Of a stretch of 64,000 nt of DNA, positions 17,843-26,933 are shown piece after piece. The notes under the pieces are model-generated. The model was not told where the DNA came from. It made no database searches and saw nothing but the letters and a program-made list of their open reading frames with translations. The number at the start of each line of letters is the position of its first letter. Position 1 is the stretch's first letter. The translations under genes were made by a program, and so were the position numbers. The stretch comes from an uncultured Gemmatimonadaceae bacterium (GTDB taxonomy: Bacteria; Gemmatimonadota; Gemmatimonadetes; Gemmatimonadales; Gemmatimonadaceae): positions 352,001 through 416,000 of the forward strand of contig CAWAGQ010000005.1 of assembly GCA_963781585.1 (NCBI GenBank), given 5' to 3'.

Positions 17843-18939
17843 GCGCGCTGATCTTCGCGGCCCTGCTGCTCGCCACCTCGGCGTGGTTTCTCCTGCCACT
17901 GGCACCTGCGCTCAAGGAGCTCTTCCGACCGACCGATGCCGAGCCGCTGACCATGGTCGGGCAGGACTCCGGAGACCTGATGATCTTCGCGGAGGGGTTT
18001 CGCAACTATCTGCGGAACCAGGTTCCGGAGGTGGTTTCGACGGGTGTGATGACGTCCGCTGCGGCGGATCACCTTCCCGACGGAACGCCGTTTGTCCACG
18101 TAAACGGGCGTCCCGAGGTGCTGCTGGAGGCGGCCGACGCGCAGCGGTTCATCTCGCAGCTCGTTCTGGCGAGTGGGCCAGTACAACTGCCGGGCGGGGA
18201 GACGTTTCTCCTGGAACTATATGCCCATGACACGTTCACGGGCGGGCCGGGGGCGGTGTACCGCGCGATTCTCGGTGAAAGCGACGTGAGAATCGGCGAA
18301 GGGTCCACGGTCCTGCGCTGGGTACACGCCGAGCACGATCTCACGATTGGCGACGGGTCACACCTGTCGAGCCGCGCCAGCGCGGTTGGCGAGATGCGGC
18401 TCGGCGAAGGCGTTCGCTTTTCCCGAGTGCGCGCCACCCGCATCATCGTGGGCGCTGACACTCCCTTGCCTGCCGGAGTCCCCGAGCCGCTTCTGGCAGG
18501 CACCATGAAGATGCCCCGGAGCGCGCGACAGGAGCGCGGATTCATTCGCGTGGGTGGGGACCTTGCGATTCCTCCCGGTGAATCGGTTCTCGGGACGCTC
18601 GTCGTGCGCGGAACGCTACGACTTGGAGCGAATGCACGAATCAGCGGGAGCGCGAAAGTGCACGGCGCCTGTCACCTGGAAGCCGGCGCAATCGTGGATG
18701 GGAGTCTTGTCTGTCGCGGTGACATTCATCTCGCAAAGGGCTGTCGCGTGGTGGGTCCGGTGATTGCTGACGGCGACGTGTGGCTCGGCGAAGGATGTTC
18801 AGTTGGCGTGCCCGGCCATCCGGCGTCGGTGGCAGGAGCCGATGTCGTGTGCGGAAAGGGATCGCAGATCTACGGTGCCGTCACGGCGCGGGTGGACGGA
18901 CAGACCGCCGCGGCGGAACCCGTCGCAGACGCTCGCTGA
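17839..18939 (+). CDS. Membrane-anchored beta-helix (bactofilin/hexapeptide-like) repeat protein
   Basis: N-terminal TM; repeats such as VRIGEGSTV, LTIGDGSHL, LRLGANARISG, IHLAKGCRVVG; GTGA overlap with the GT2 stop. Confidence 0.75.
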   Translation: MSALIFAALLLATSAWFLLPLAPALKELFRPTDAEPLTMVGQDSGDLMIFAEGFRNYLRNQVPEVVSTGVMTSAAADHLPDGTPFVHVNGRPEVLLEAADAQRFISQLVLASGPVQLPGGETFLLELYAHDTFTGGPGAVYRAILGESDVRIGEGSTVLRWVHAEHDLTIGDGSHLSSRASAVGEMRLGEGVRFSRVRATRIIVGADTPLPAGVPEPLLAGTMKMPRSARQERGFIRVGGDLAIPPGESVLGTLVVRGTLRLGANARISGSAKVHGACHLEAGAIVDGSLVCRGDIHLAKGCRVVGPVIADGDVWLGEGCSVGVPGHPASVAGADVVCGKGSQIYGAVTARVDGQTAAAEPVADAR

Positions 18940-19250
18940 ACCTCAGACCGCGCTGAAAACGCGCTCCGGCGCTTCCATCGTGCCCGGTCGGCCTTGCGAC
19001 GTGGGCAAGGCACGGCATGTGTCGACGCGCGATCGGCGCGGGATCGGTTCCGGATGATGGCAGGCGTTGGGTGAGCTCACGGCAGCGACATGTCCGAGTG
19101 GCATCCGTGCGGCAGTGGTTGTGTTGCGCGACCGCCACACGACGGCGTTCTCGATGGCGCGTGATCAGTCCCATTCCCAGGATCGCGATCTATCCTGTGG
19201 CAGGCTGGTGGTTGCGGAAGGCCACCGGATCATTTGATTTGTCCAATGCG

Positions 19251-19267
19251 AGGGCACAGGGATTGCG
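19251..19267 (+). promoter_or_regulatory. Putative sigma54 -24/-12 promoter
   Basis: GGCACAGGGATTGC, i.e. GG-N10-GC with GGCAC and TTGC cores, about 125 nt upstream of the PEP-CTERM gene. Confidence 0.6.
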
Positions 19268-19391
19268 AGGTACGTCACCGGGTTCGTGTGGCGCACGTTG
19301 TCGTCGAAACTCGCGATGGTGTGAAGGTGCGCGGGCGTAGTTCGCGAACGGACGCCCTGATCGTGCAATCGGTACGATCACGATCCGGCAC

Positions 19392-20279
19392 ATGAGGTCT
19401 TCTTCCATGCTGACCAAGCGGAGTTACCGGGTTGCGCTGGGCGCGACGTTGGTTGCGTTGCCCATCGTCGCGAGCGCGCAGCGCGTCGTAACGAACGGCG
19501 GCCCGTGGGTTCCTGACACACGCGGCTCGTCGGTCTTTGGGCTCATTACCGGTGCGAATCCCCGCTATGGCAATGGGTCGCTCCAGTTGAGTGTGACGGG
19601 CCAGCTGACTGACTGGTCGTGGTTCAACCTGTTTTCGGGGGATCCGTATCTCACCCAGGGTTGGGGGCTGCTGTCCGATGTCAGCGCCGTGGGTTTCGAC
19701 TGGTACCGGGTAGGAATGCCGCCGGTAGGCGATGTGCCGTGGCAGGAACAGACACCGGCTCTTCGGCTCTACATCCGCAGCGGCGATCCGAGCTCCCCTG
19801 AGTTTTCCGAGCTTGTGTGGGAGCGCTATTACAACGTGGCGAGTCCGACTCCGACTGACCAATGGGTCGTTGAGAACCTGCTGGCGGATCAGGTGTTCTG
19901 GCGATTCGTAATCGGAGAGGGGTACACGATCGCGGACTGCAGCAACCCAGCCACGATCACTCCGGGGATACCGTTGAAGACGGCGACGCCTGCCGACTGG
20001 GGCAACGGATCGAACTGCTTCCCGTCGAACGCGGTGGTTTACGGGGTCGGCGTCGGGCTCGGGAGCAACTGGCCGTACCCGTACGAGGCGTTCGTGGACA
20101 ACGTCAGGCTCGGCTTCGCGGGGGACGAGAATCTGACGGTGTGGGACAACTTCGAGCTGGCGGACGCCAATACGGCGCCGGAGCCCGCGTCGCTGGTGCT
20201 CTTGACCAGCGGCCTGGTGGGCATGGGTGGTGGGGCGATGGCCCGGCGCCGTCGTCGCCGCGCGGACACGCGAGCGTAG
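19392..20279 (+). CDS. PEP-CTERM sorting-domain surface protein
   Basis: Signal peptide; C-terminal APEPASLVLLTSGLVGMGGGAMARRRRR (PEP, TM, Arg cluster). Confidence 0.9.
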   Translation: MRSSSMLTKRSYRVALGATLVALPIVASAQRVVTNGGPWVPDTRGSSVFGLITGANPRYGNGSLQLSVTGQLTDWSWFNLFSGDPYLTQGWGLLSDVSAVGFDWYRVGMPPVGDVPWQEQTPALRLYIRSGDPSSPEFSELVWERYYNVASPTPTDQWVVENLLADQVFWRFVIGEGYTIADCSNPATITPGIPLKTATPADWGNGSNCFPSNAVVYGVGVGLGSNWPYPYEAFVDNVRLGFAGDENLTVWDNFELADANTAPEPASLVLLTSGLVGMGGGAMARRRRRRADTRA

Positions 20280-20364
20280 TTCCCGGTTCATACGCGGTTG
20301 CCGCCAACGGTCCGACGCGATGTGTGGGCCGAGCGGTTCGCGCCTAACGTTTCCAGAGCGCGAG

Positions 20365-20412
20365 ACGGGCTGCGGCGCCAGGATCCCCGGAGATCCTGGC
20401 GCCGCAGCCCGT
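20365..20412. terminator. Perfect 21-bp inverted repeat between convergent genes
   Basis: ACGGGCTGCGGCGCCAGGATC-cccgga-GATCCTGGCGCCGCAGCCCGT. Confidence 0.65.
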
Positions 20413-20738
20413 GAACGGCGACAGCCCTAGTCGCCAGCGTACAACGTAAGAAGATCCACGCATTTGCGCGAGTCCGCATTTGTGGAATCGCGCCCGGGCA
20501 TCTCGACCGTACGACGGTCAACCCGATGCCGTCCTCCAGTGTGGCGCCGACCAGCCGCACCCGCGATGACGCCGCCACCATGACCAAAGACCTCGGCAGG
20601 TGGCGATTCGGTCACCGTCTCAGGGCGACGGACGTCGGCGCCCGGGACGGTCTCTCCGGGCGGGACGGAAGTGAGTGCCCTCGCCGAGCACGCGCCTAAC
20701 GATGCCGGTGTCAGGCGGAGAGGCCCAGGTGCGTCCTG

Positions 20739-21998
20739 CTACATCTTCGGCTTGCCGTCCAGTTCTTCAATGGTCCGGTTCGAAGGCGGGCGCAGGCGCT
20801 GGAGCCGGGTGGCCACCGCCTCAGCAGCGGCGAGCACGCGGAGGATGTTCTCCCCGGCGAGCTTTCGCAGGTCTGCTTCGCTCCAGCCGCGGCGAGAGAG
20901 CTCGACGAGCACTGCGGGGAATCTGGAGACATCCTCCAGCCCGATGGGCAGGTTGTTATCGGTGCCGTCGAAGTCCGATCCGACGCCGACGTGATCGATG
21001 CCGGCGACCTGGCGCACGTGCTCGATGTGGTCCGCCACATCCTTGACGGTGGCACGCGGCGCCGGGTGGGCAGCGTCCCACTGGGTCATGGCGCGGCCCA
21101 CCGCGGCGGTGTCGTGGGGATTCCGGGCCTGCGCGTCGCGTTCCGCGTCGCTGCGGAGCCGGGCATGATCGGCCACCCGCTGTGAGACGAAGCCCGGCAC
21201 GAAGGTCACCATGACGATTCCGCCGTTCGCCGGGAGGCGCCTGAGGATCGAGTCCGGTACGTTACGGGGAACGTCAGTCAGGGCGCGCGCCGACGAATGC
21301 GAGAAGATGACAGGGGCTTCACTCACGTCGAGGGCGTCGCTCATGGTTCCAGGCGACACGTGCGAGAGGTCGACCAGCATCCCCAGTCGGTTCATCTCGC
21401 GCACGACTTCCCTGCCAAACGGTGTGAGGCCACCATGACGGGCGCTGTCCAGCGCGGCGTCCGCCCAGTCGAGCGTGACATTGTGGGTCAACGTCATGTA
21501 GCGAACGCCAAGGGCGTAGTAGGCACGCAGCGCGCCGAGGGAGTTCTCAATGGCGTGCCCTCCCTCCATGCCAAGGAGCGAGCCGATCCGGCCGGCGGCG
21601 TGTGCCCTGCGAACATCAGCGGCGGTGAGCGCGGGCTGGAAGACGTCCGGGTATCTGGCGATGACTCGTCGAGCCAGGTCAATCTGCTCGAGCTGCACCC
21701 TCGCGTACCCGGAGTCCCTGAACTCTCCAGGGATGTAGACGGACCAGAACTGACCGCCCACCATGCCCGCGCGGAGTCGGGGGATGTCGGTGTTTCCGGA
21801 GGTGTGCTGTCGCAGGTCGTAGGCGTCAACATCGCGGGGCGCCGCCTGGTTGTTCCGGATGTACCAGGGCAGGTCGTTGTGCCCGTCGACAAGGGGAACG
21901 GCGCGCAGCACGCGTCGGACCTTCTCGGCGTCTGCATCCTGAGCGGGCACGGGATGCGTGATGAGCAGCATCAGGAGGGCGCAGTACGAGGAATGCAT
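20739..21998 (-). CDS. Membrane (renal-type) dipeptidase, peptidase M19, secreted
   Basis: VDGHNDLP, QFWSVY, GMEGGH, YMTLTH, VDLSH, FSHSS, GVGSDFDG; signal peptide. Confidence 0.93.
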   Translation of the reverse strand: MHSSYCALLMLLITHPVPAQDADAEKVRRVLRAVPLVDGHNDLPWYIRNNQAAPRDVDAYDLRQHTSGNTDIPRLRAGMVGGQFWSVYIPGEFRDSGYARVQLEQIDLARRVIARYPDVFQPALTAADVRRAHAAGRIGSLLGMEGGHAIENSLGALRAYYALGVRYMTLTHNVTLDWADAALDSARHGGLTPFGREVVREMNRLGMLVDLSHVSPGTMSDALDVSEAPVIFSHSSARALTDVPRNVPDSILRRLPANGGIVMVTFVPGFVSQRVADHARLRSDAERDAQARNPHDTAAVGRAMTQWDAAHPAPRATVKDVADHIEHVRQVAGIDHVGVGSDFDGTDNNLPIGLEDVSRFPAVLVELSRRGWSEADLRKLAGENILRVLAAAEAVATRLQRLRPPSNRTIEELDGKPKM

Positions 21999-22028
21999 GA
22001 TGAAACCAGAGGAGGAGTTGAGTCCTGT

Positions 22029-22505
22029 TTACTGCACCAGGCTCACCTTGACCGCGAAGGCAACAGAATTGACGCCTTGCGCAACCATGGTGGCCGAAAT
22101 GAAATAGTCGCCCGCCGGAAGGCGCTGCGCCGATCCGGGCGGGTCAAAGTCGGAGCCGCCCTGCCAGATGAACTGTTGCTCCACCGTGCCGTTGCTGGGC
22201 AGCACCATCTGCGACGGTATCGGAACGCAGTCATACCGGCCACCCGGCGGCACCACGGTCTGCGAGGTCGTGTTGCGAATGAACACCTTGATCTGGCACG
22301 AGGTGGGGAAGAGGATGCGAACCTGGTCGGCGGTGGGATTCGTCGCGCTCACGGTGATCGTGTCCGTCTCACCCGGTGCGAGCTGACTCGAGCTCACCCG
22401 GATCTGCAGCCCGAAGGTCTGTTCCGGCGCTTTCGGAACCGTGCTTTCCTGCACGCACGCCGCCGAGACGACGAGAAGAGCTGGGATGAACGGACGTCGC
22501 AACAT
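22029..22505 (-). CDS. Lipoprotein with Ig-like (BsuPI proteinase-inhibitor-like) domain
   Basis: Lipobox-like VSAAC; ATNPT..C..C..W..LPAGDY pattern. Confidence 0.65.
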   Translation of the reverse strand: MLRRPFIPALLVVSAACVQESTVPKAPEQTFGLQIRVSSSQLAPGETDTITVSATNPTADQVRILFPTSCQIKVFIRNTTSQTVVPPGGRYDCVPIPSQMVLPSNGTVEQQFIWQGGSDFDPPGSAQRLPAGDYFISATMVAQGVNSVAFAVKVSLVQ

Positions 22506-22685
22506 GCTTCCATAGTATGGCGGATTGAAACGACGCGACACCCATGCTGGAGCTGCACAGGTGAAGTCGTCCCTTGCAACTCCGCGCCATCAGGGGAAGT
22601 TCCGCCGGATGGCAGAGGAGGATTCCATGCGTCCCTCGCTCCCAGCGATGAGCGCCGCAGGCCGGGTCGGTGAGGCCGGCCAGGC

Positions 22686-23501
22686 GTGAACACTGATCGG
22701 GAGGGGTCCGCCCACGGCGCATCGGCGCCCCAGCGGGAGATTCGGCGTCTCTCACACGACAGCACCAATCGCAGGATGTTCGAGCTGGCGCGTCCGTTCC
22801 TCGTCGCCGGGGCGCGGGCGCTCGACCTCGGCGCCGGTGAAGGGTACTTCTCGCAGCTGGTTGGCGAGCACTTGCGTCATGTCGCCGGCATCGATCCTTC
22901 GGCAGTGCTTTCGGCATGTGACGCGGTGCCGGAGCAGTTCCGGTATCCCGACGTGACGTGCAACGGAATCGGCGACGCCGGCGAGCTTCCCTACGCGGAC
23001 GAGGAGTTCGATCTGGTCCTCAGCCTCGAAGTGATCGAGCATGTGGAGGATCAGTTCTCGTTCCTTCGCGAGGCACGGCGCGTGCTCAAACCTGGCGGCA
23101 CGCTGGTCGTGAGCACGCCGAACGTGCTCAACATGAATTCGCGGTGGCGGTTCCTCCATTCGGGGTTCGCACAGCTGTTCGATCCACTGCCGCTGGACGA
23201 ACGAGACATCGTGCATACGTCCGGTCACATTCATCCGGTATCGTACTACTACCTGGCGTACGCCCTGCGAGCGACCGGATTTCGCGGCATTGCGGTGACC
23301 TACGATCACTTCAAGCGATCAGCGATTGCCCAGCTGGTGCTGCTGGCGCCGCTGATCGGACTCGGACGGCTGGGGTTCCGGTTGCGCATGCATCGCAAGC
23401 GGCCCAGGGAGATGGAGCAGAACCACGACTTCGTGAAGGCGATGGACTCATTCGCCATGCTGACGTCGCGGAGCATCATCGTGTCGGCGCGTCGGGACTG
23501 A
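22686..23501 (+). CDS. Class I SAM-dependent methyltransferase
   Basis: LDLGAGEG, FDLVLSLEVIEH, RVLKPGG, STPN. Confidence 0.88.
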   Translation: MNTDREGSAHGASAPQREIRRLSHDSTNRRMFELARPFLVAGARALDLGAGEGYFSQLVGEHLRHVAGIDPSAVLSACDAVPEQFRYPDVTCNGIGDAGELPYADEEFDLVLSLEVIEHVEDQFSFLREARRVLKPGGTLVVSTPNVLNMNSRWRFLHSGFAQLFDPLPLDERDIVHTSGHIHPVSYYYLAYALRATGFRGIAVTYDHFKRSAIAQLVLLAPLIGLGRLGFRLRMHRKRPREMEQNHDFVKAMDSFAMLTSRSIIVSARRD

Positions 23502-23528
23502 TATGATTGCCGCTCCCCATTCCGCCTC

Positions 23529-24410
23529 ATGCCCGAGCTGCCCGACATCACCGTCTATCTGGAAGCCCTCTCTGCGCGCATCCTGGGCGCGCGGCTGCAA
23601 GGGATCCGGGTGGTTCGCCCCTTTGTGCTGCGGTCCGTGGATCCGCCGCTCAGCCGGGTTTCGGGATGCCGAGTAGAGGGGCTGCGCCGCCTGGGAAAGC
23701 GCATCGTGGTGGTACTGGAGGACGATCTCTTTCTGGTCATCCACCTGATGATCGCCGGCCGACTGCGATGGCGTCCGTCGGGCAAGGCGATTCCGCCGTC
23801 ACTGGTGCTCGCCTACTTCGATTTTCCGGACGGCACGCTCGTACTGACGGAGGCAGGGAAGAAACGCCGTGCGTCACTCCACGTGGTGAGTGGGGAGACA
23901 TCCCTGCGCCAATTCGATCGCGGCGGCCTGGAAGTCCTCGATGCCTCTGTGGCGGCGTTCGGCGCGCGACTCCGGAGCGAGAACCACACGGTAAAGCGGT
24001 CGCTGACCGATCCGCGGCTCTTCAGCGGCATCGGCAACGCGTACTCGGACGAGATTCTGCATCGAGCGCGTCTCTCGCCGCTGGTGCTCACGTCTCGACT
24101 CACGGATGACGAGATCGCGCGCCTGCATGCCGCCACGCAGCGGGTGCTGGAAGAGTGGACGGCACGACTGCGCGACGAAACAGGCTCCGGTTTCCCGGAG
24201 CAGGTGACCGCCTTTCGCGACGGGATGGCGGTACATGGTCGTTTCGGCAAGCCGTGTCCGGAGTGCGGCGCGCCCGTGCAGCGGATTCGCTACGCCGATA
24301 ACGAGACGAACTACTGCGCACGGTGCCAGACCGGCGGGCGCCTCCTGGCCGACCGCGGACTTTCGCGCTTGCTGCGAGAGGACTGGCCGAGGTCGATAGA
24401 CGAACTGTAA
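23529..24410 (+). CDS. Fpg/Nei family DNA glycosylase/AP lyase
   Basis: MPELPD, GKR, HLMIAG, GIGNAYSDE (H2TH), CPEC...CARCQ zinc finger. Confidence 0.93.
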   Translation: MPELPDITVYLEALSARILGARLQGIRVVRPFVLRSVDPPLSRVSGCRVEGLRRLGKRIVVVLEDDLFLVIHLMIAGRLRWRPSGKAIPPSLVLAYFDFPDGTLVLTEAGKKRRASLHVVSGETSLRQFDRGGLEVLDASVAAFGARLRSENHTVKRSLTDPRLFSGIGNAYSDEILHRARLSPLVLTSRLTDDEIARLHAATQRVLEEWTARLRDETGSGFPEQVTAFRDGMAVHGRFGKPCPECGAPVQRIRYADNETNYCARCQTGGRLLADRGLSRLLREDWPRSIDEL

Positions 24411-24449
24411 GTGCGCCGGCGCGTTGGCACGCCGCCGCGACCACGGCGT

Positions 24450-26132
24450 TCACTCCCTGTTCAACATCGAATCACGTTTTGCCTTGAACTCCGTTCCGGG
24501 CTTCCATTCCGGCCGGGTGGTGCCTTGCGCGACCCGATACCCCACTTCGAACAGCAATCGCGCGTCGTCAACAGCACCGCTCAGGTCCCAGTCCGGTTTC
24601 ACCTCGTCGCTTGGCTTGTGGTAGTCGTTGGCGGTGTATTCATCGCGCTTCGTCCTGCCATAGTTGGCCGGCTTCCCGATGTACTCGATTCCGGCATCGG
24701 TGTAGAGCGCGGGGACGCCCTGCTTCGCGAACTCGAAGTGATCCGACCGATAGAAGTAGCCCTTTTCGGGCTCGGGATCGGCAGAGAGGGAACGGTGCTG
24801 GGCGTCAGCGGCGGCGCGGAGGTCGTCGTCCAGGGTGGAGTTGCCGAGTCCGATCACGACGATGTCGGAGGTGCGTCCCCACTGGTTGACGCCGTCCATG
24901 TTGATGTCGGCGAGCGTGCGATTGAGCGGATAGAGTGGATGCTGTGCGTAGTACTTCGAGCCCAGCAATCCCTTTTCCTCACCGGTCACGGCGAGGAACA
25001 GAATGGAGCATTTCGGAGCCGTGGGGAGGGCGGTGTAGGCCTTGGCGATCTGGAGCAGAGTGGCGATGCCCGACGCGTTGTCGATGGCGCCGTTGTAGAT
25101 CTGATCGCTCCTGAGCGAACTGTCCCTGCCGAGATGATCCCAGTGCGCGGTGTAGATCACGTACTGGTCCTTCAGCGCCGGATCGGAGCCGTCGAGCTTC
25201 GCGATCACGTTCCTGGACTGGATCCGGCGCACCTTGTTCCGGGTGTGAAACGTCGCCGTCCCGAACAGCGACAGTGGAACAAAGCTCTTGTCGCGTGCCG
25301 CGAGCTTGACGGCGCCGAAATCGCGACCGGCTGCCGTGAAGAGCTCCCTGGCCTTGTCGGCGGTGATCCAGGCTTCGACGAGGACGCGGCTGTCGGCGCC
25401 ACCATCGATGTCGAAGTTCTCTCGCGACCAGCTTCCTCTGACGACCTCGTACGGATATCCGGCGGGGCCGGTCTCGTGGACGATAATGGCGGCGGCGGCG
25501 CCATGACGGCTCGCTTCCTCGTACTTGTACGTCCAGCGTCCGTAGTACGTCATCGCCCGGCCCTTGAACATGGTGGAGTCGAGCGACGACGAATCGTTAG
25601 GATCGGGAATGGGCGGGTCATTGACCAGGATCACGACCGTTTTCCCCCTGACATCCGCGTCCTTGTAGTCGTCCCAGCCATACTCGGGAGCGACGACGCC
25701 ATATCCGACGAACACGAGATCGGAGTTGACGACGTCCACCTGGGACTGGTCATGCCGCGAGACCGCGACGAAGTCGTCGGGAAAGGACGCACCGACCTTG
25801 TAGCCGCGAAAGTCGAACGAGGCCGTGGGCGTGCTGGCGAAGCCGATCATCGCCACGTTCTGCGTGAACGTGCCGTCGGGGTTCCCGGGACGAAGGCCAA
25901 GGGCCTGGAACTGCCTGGTGAGATAGGCGACGCTGCTATCCTCGCCGGGGGTGCCTGGGGCGCGTCCCTGGTAGCTGTCCGACGCGAGCACCCGGATATG
26001 GGCAAGCAGCCCGTCCGCGGAAATGCTGTCGAATCCCGGCTGCAGAAGGTCGCGACTTACTGCGGAGCGCTCGCAGGCTGAGAGTGCCGCTGTCAGTACG
26101 ACGAGGGCCATGAAGCGGGATGGAGTATGCAT
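24450..26132 (-). CDS. M28 family aminopeptidase lipoprotein with PA domain
   Basis: LSAC lipobox, [39 protein letters not shown]. Confidence 0.92.
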   Translation of the reverse strand: MHTPSRFMALVVLTAALSACERSAVSRDLLQPGFDSISADGLLAHIRVLASDSYQGRAPGTPGEDSSVAYLTRQFQALGLRPGNPDGTFTQNVAMIGFASTPTASFDFRGYKVGASFPDDFVAVSRHDQSQVDVVNSDLVFVGYGVVAPEYGWDDYKDADVRGKTVVILVNDPPIPDPNDSSSLDSTMFKGRAMTYYGRWTYKYEEASRHGAAAAIIVHETGPAGYPYEVVRGSWSRENFDIDGGADSRVLVEAWITADKARELFTAAGRDFGAVKLAARDKSFVPLSLFGTATFHTRNKVRRIQSRNVIAKLDGSDPALKDQYVIYTAHWDHLGRDSSLRSDQIYNGAIDNASGIATLLQIAKAYTALPTAPKCSILFLAVTGEEKGLLGSKYYAQHPLYPLNRTLADINMDGVNQWGRTSDIVVIGLGNSTLDDDLRAAADAQHRSLSADPEPEKGYFYRSDHFEFAKQGVPALYTDAGIEYIGKPANYGRTKRDEYTANDYHKPSDEVKPDWDLSGAVDDARLLFEVGYRVAQGTTRPEWKPGTEFKAKRDSMLNRE

Positions 26133-26394
26133 GGCGGACATATGGAACGAGAGGCGTGATGGATTGCGTAGCCCGGAGAAGGGCACGGCGCATCGTTTCC
26201 GCAAACCGCGGGGATGGCGTGAAGGCACGGGCGCACCCTGACGCGCTGCCCCGGGTTGGCCCGAGAACGCGTCCCCCATACTGGTATTGCGTGTCCCGTG
26301 CGGAGACAAGCCGGGACGGTGCCCGGCTGGCCGCGGCGGCTACATTTCGGGCGACTGCCGGTGTGCAACACCACCACGAACGGGATCAACACTC

Positions 26395-26844
26395 ATGTAT
26401 CAAGTCGTTCTCGGGCTGCATAACCTGATGCGCTGGGTGGTGATCATTACCGGCGGCTGGGCGGTGGCGGTCGCCTGGCGAGGGTGGTTGCGGCGTTCGA
26501 CGTGGTCCGCCGGGGAGTCGCGGGCGGCGCGGGTGTTCGTGAGTGCGCTGGATCTGCAACTGCTCCTGGGGCTGCTCCTGTACGCGGTGTTGAGTCCGTT
26601 GACGCGGCGCGGTTTTGCCGATTTCGGTGCGGCGATGCGAGACGCCGGCGTTCGGTACTTCCTGGTGGAGCACGTTGCCATCATGCTGCTGGCCATCGTC
26701 GTAGCCCACATGGGCGTGGCGAGAGTGAAGCGGGCCGAGGGTGACGCCGCGAAATTCCAGACGGCGGCGATCTGGCTCGGCATCGCGCTCGCCGCGATCG
26801 TGGGGTTCGTGCCCTGGGCTCGGCCGCTCCTGCCGACCTTCTGA
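26395..26844 (+). CDS. Four-TM hypothetical membrane protein (cytochrome b-like His pattern)
   Basis: LHNLMRW, DLQLLLG, VEH...AH, C-terminal VPW. Confidence 0.7.
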   Translation: MYQVVLGLHNLMRWVVIITGGWAVAVAWRGWLRRSTWSAGESRAARVFVSALDLQLLLGLLLYAVLSPLTRRGFADFGAAMRDAGVRYFLVEHVAIMLLAIVVAHMGVARVKRAEGDAAKFQTAAIWLGIALAAIVGFVPWARPLLPTF

Positions 26845-26933
26845 GGGCCACCGGGGAAGCTGGGGCTCGCGGGCCCCGGCGCGGGGACAGAACGTCTGAC
26901 CGCGAGGCAGCCCGGGTTGGGTATCTTTCGGGC

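Noticed and set aside
24411..26081. Long antisense ORFs (also 53455-55008, 54845-56137, 62030-63808, 30430-31833, 21297-22673)
   Set aside because: Shadow frames of well-supported genes on the opposite strand, expected at high GC; no recognisable motifs.
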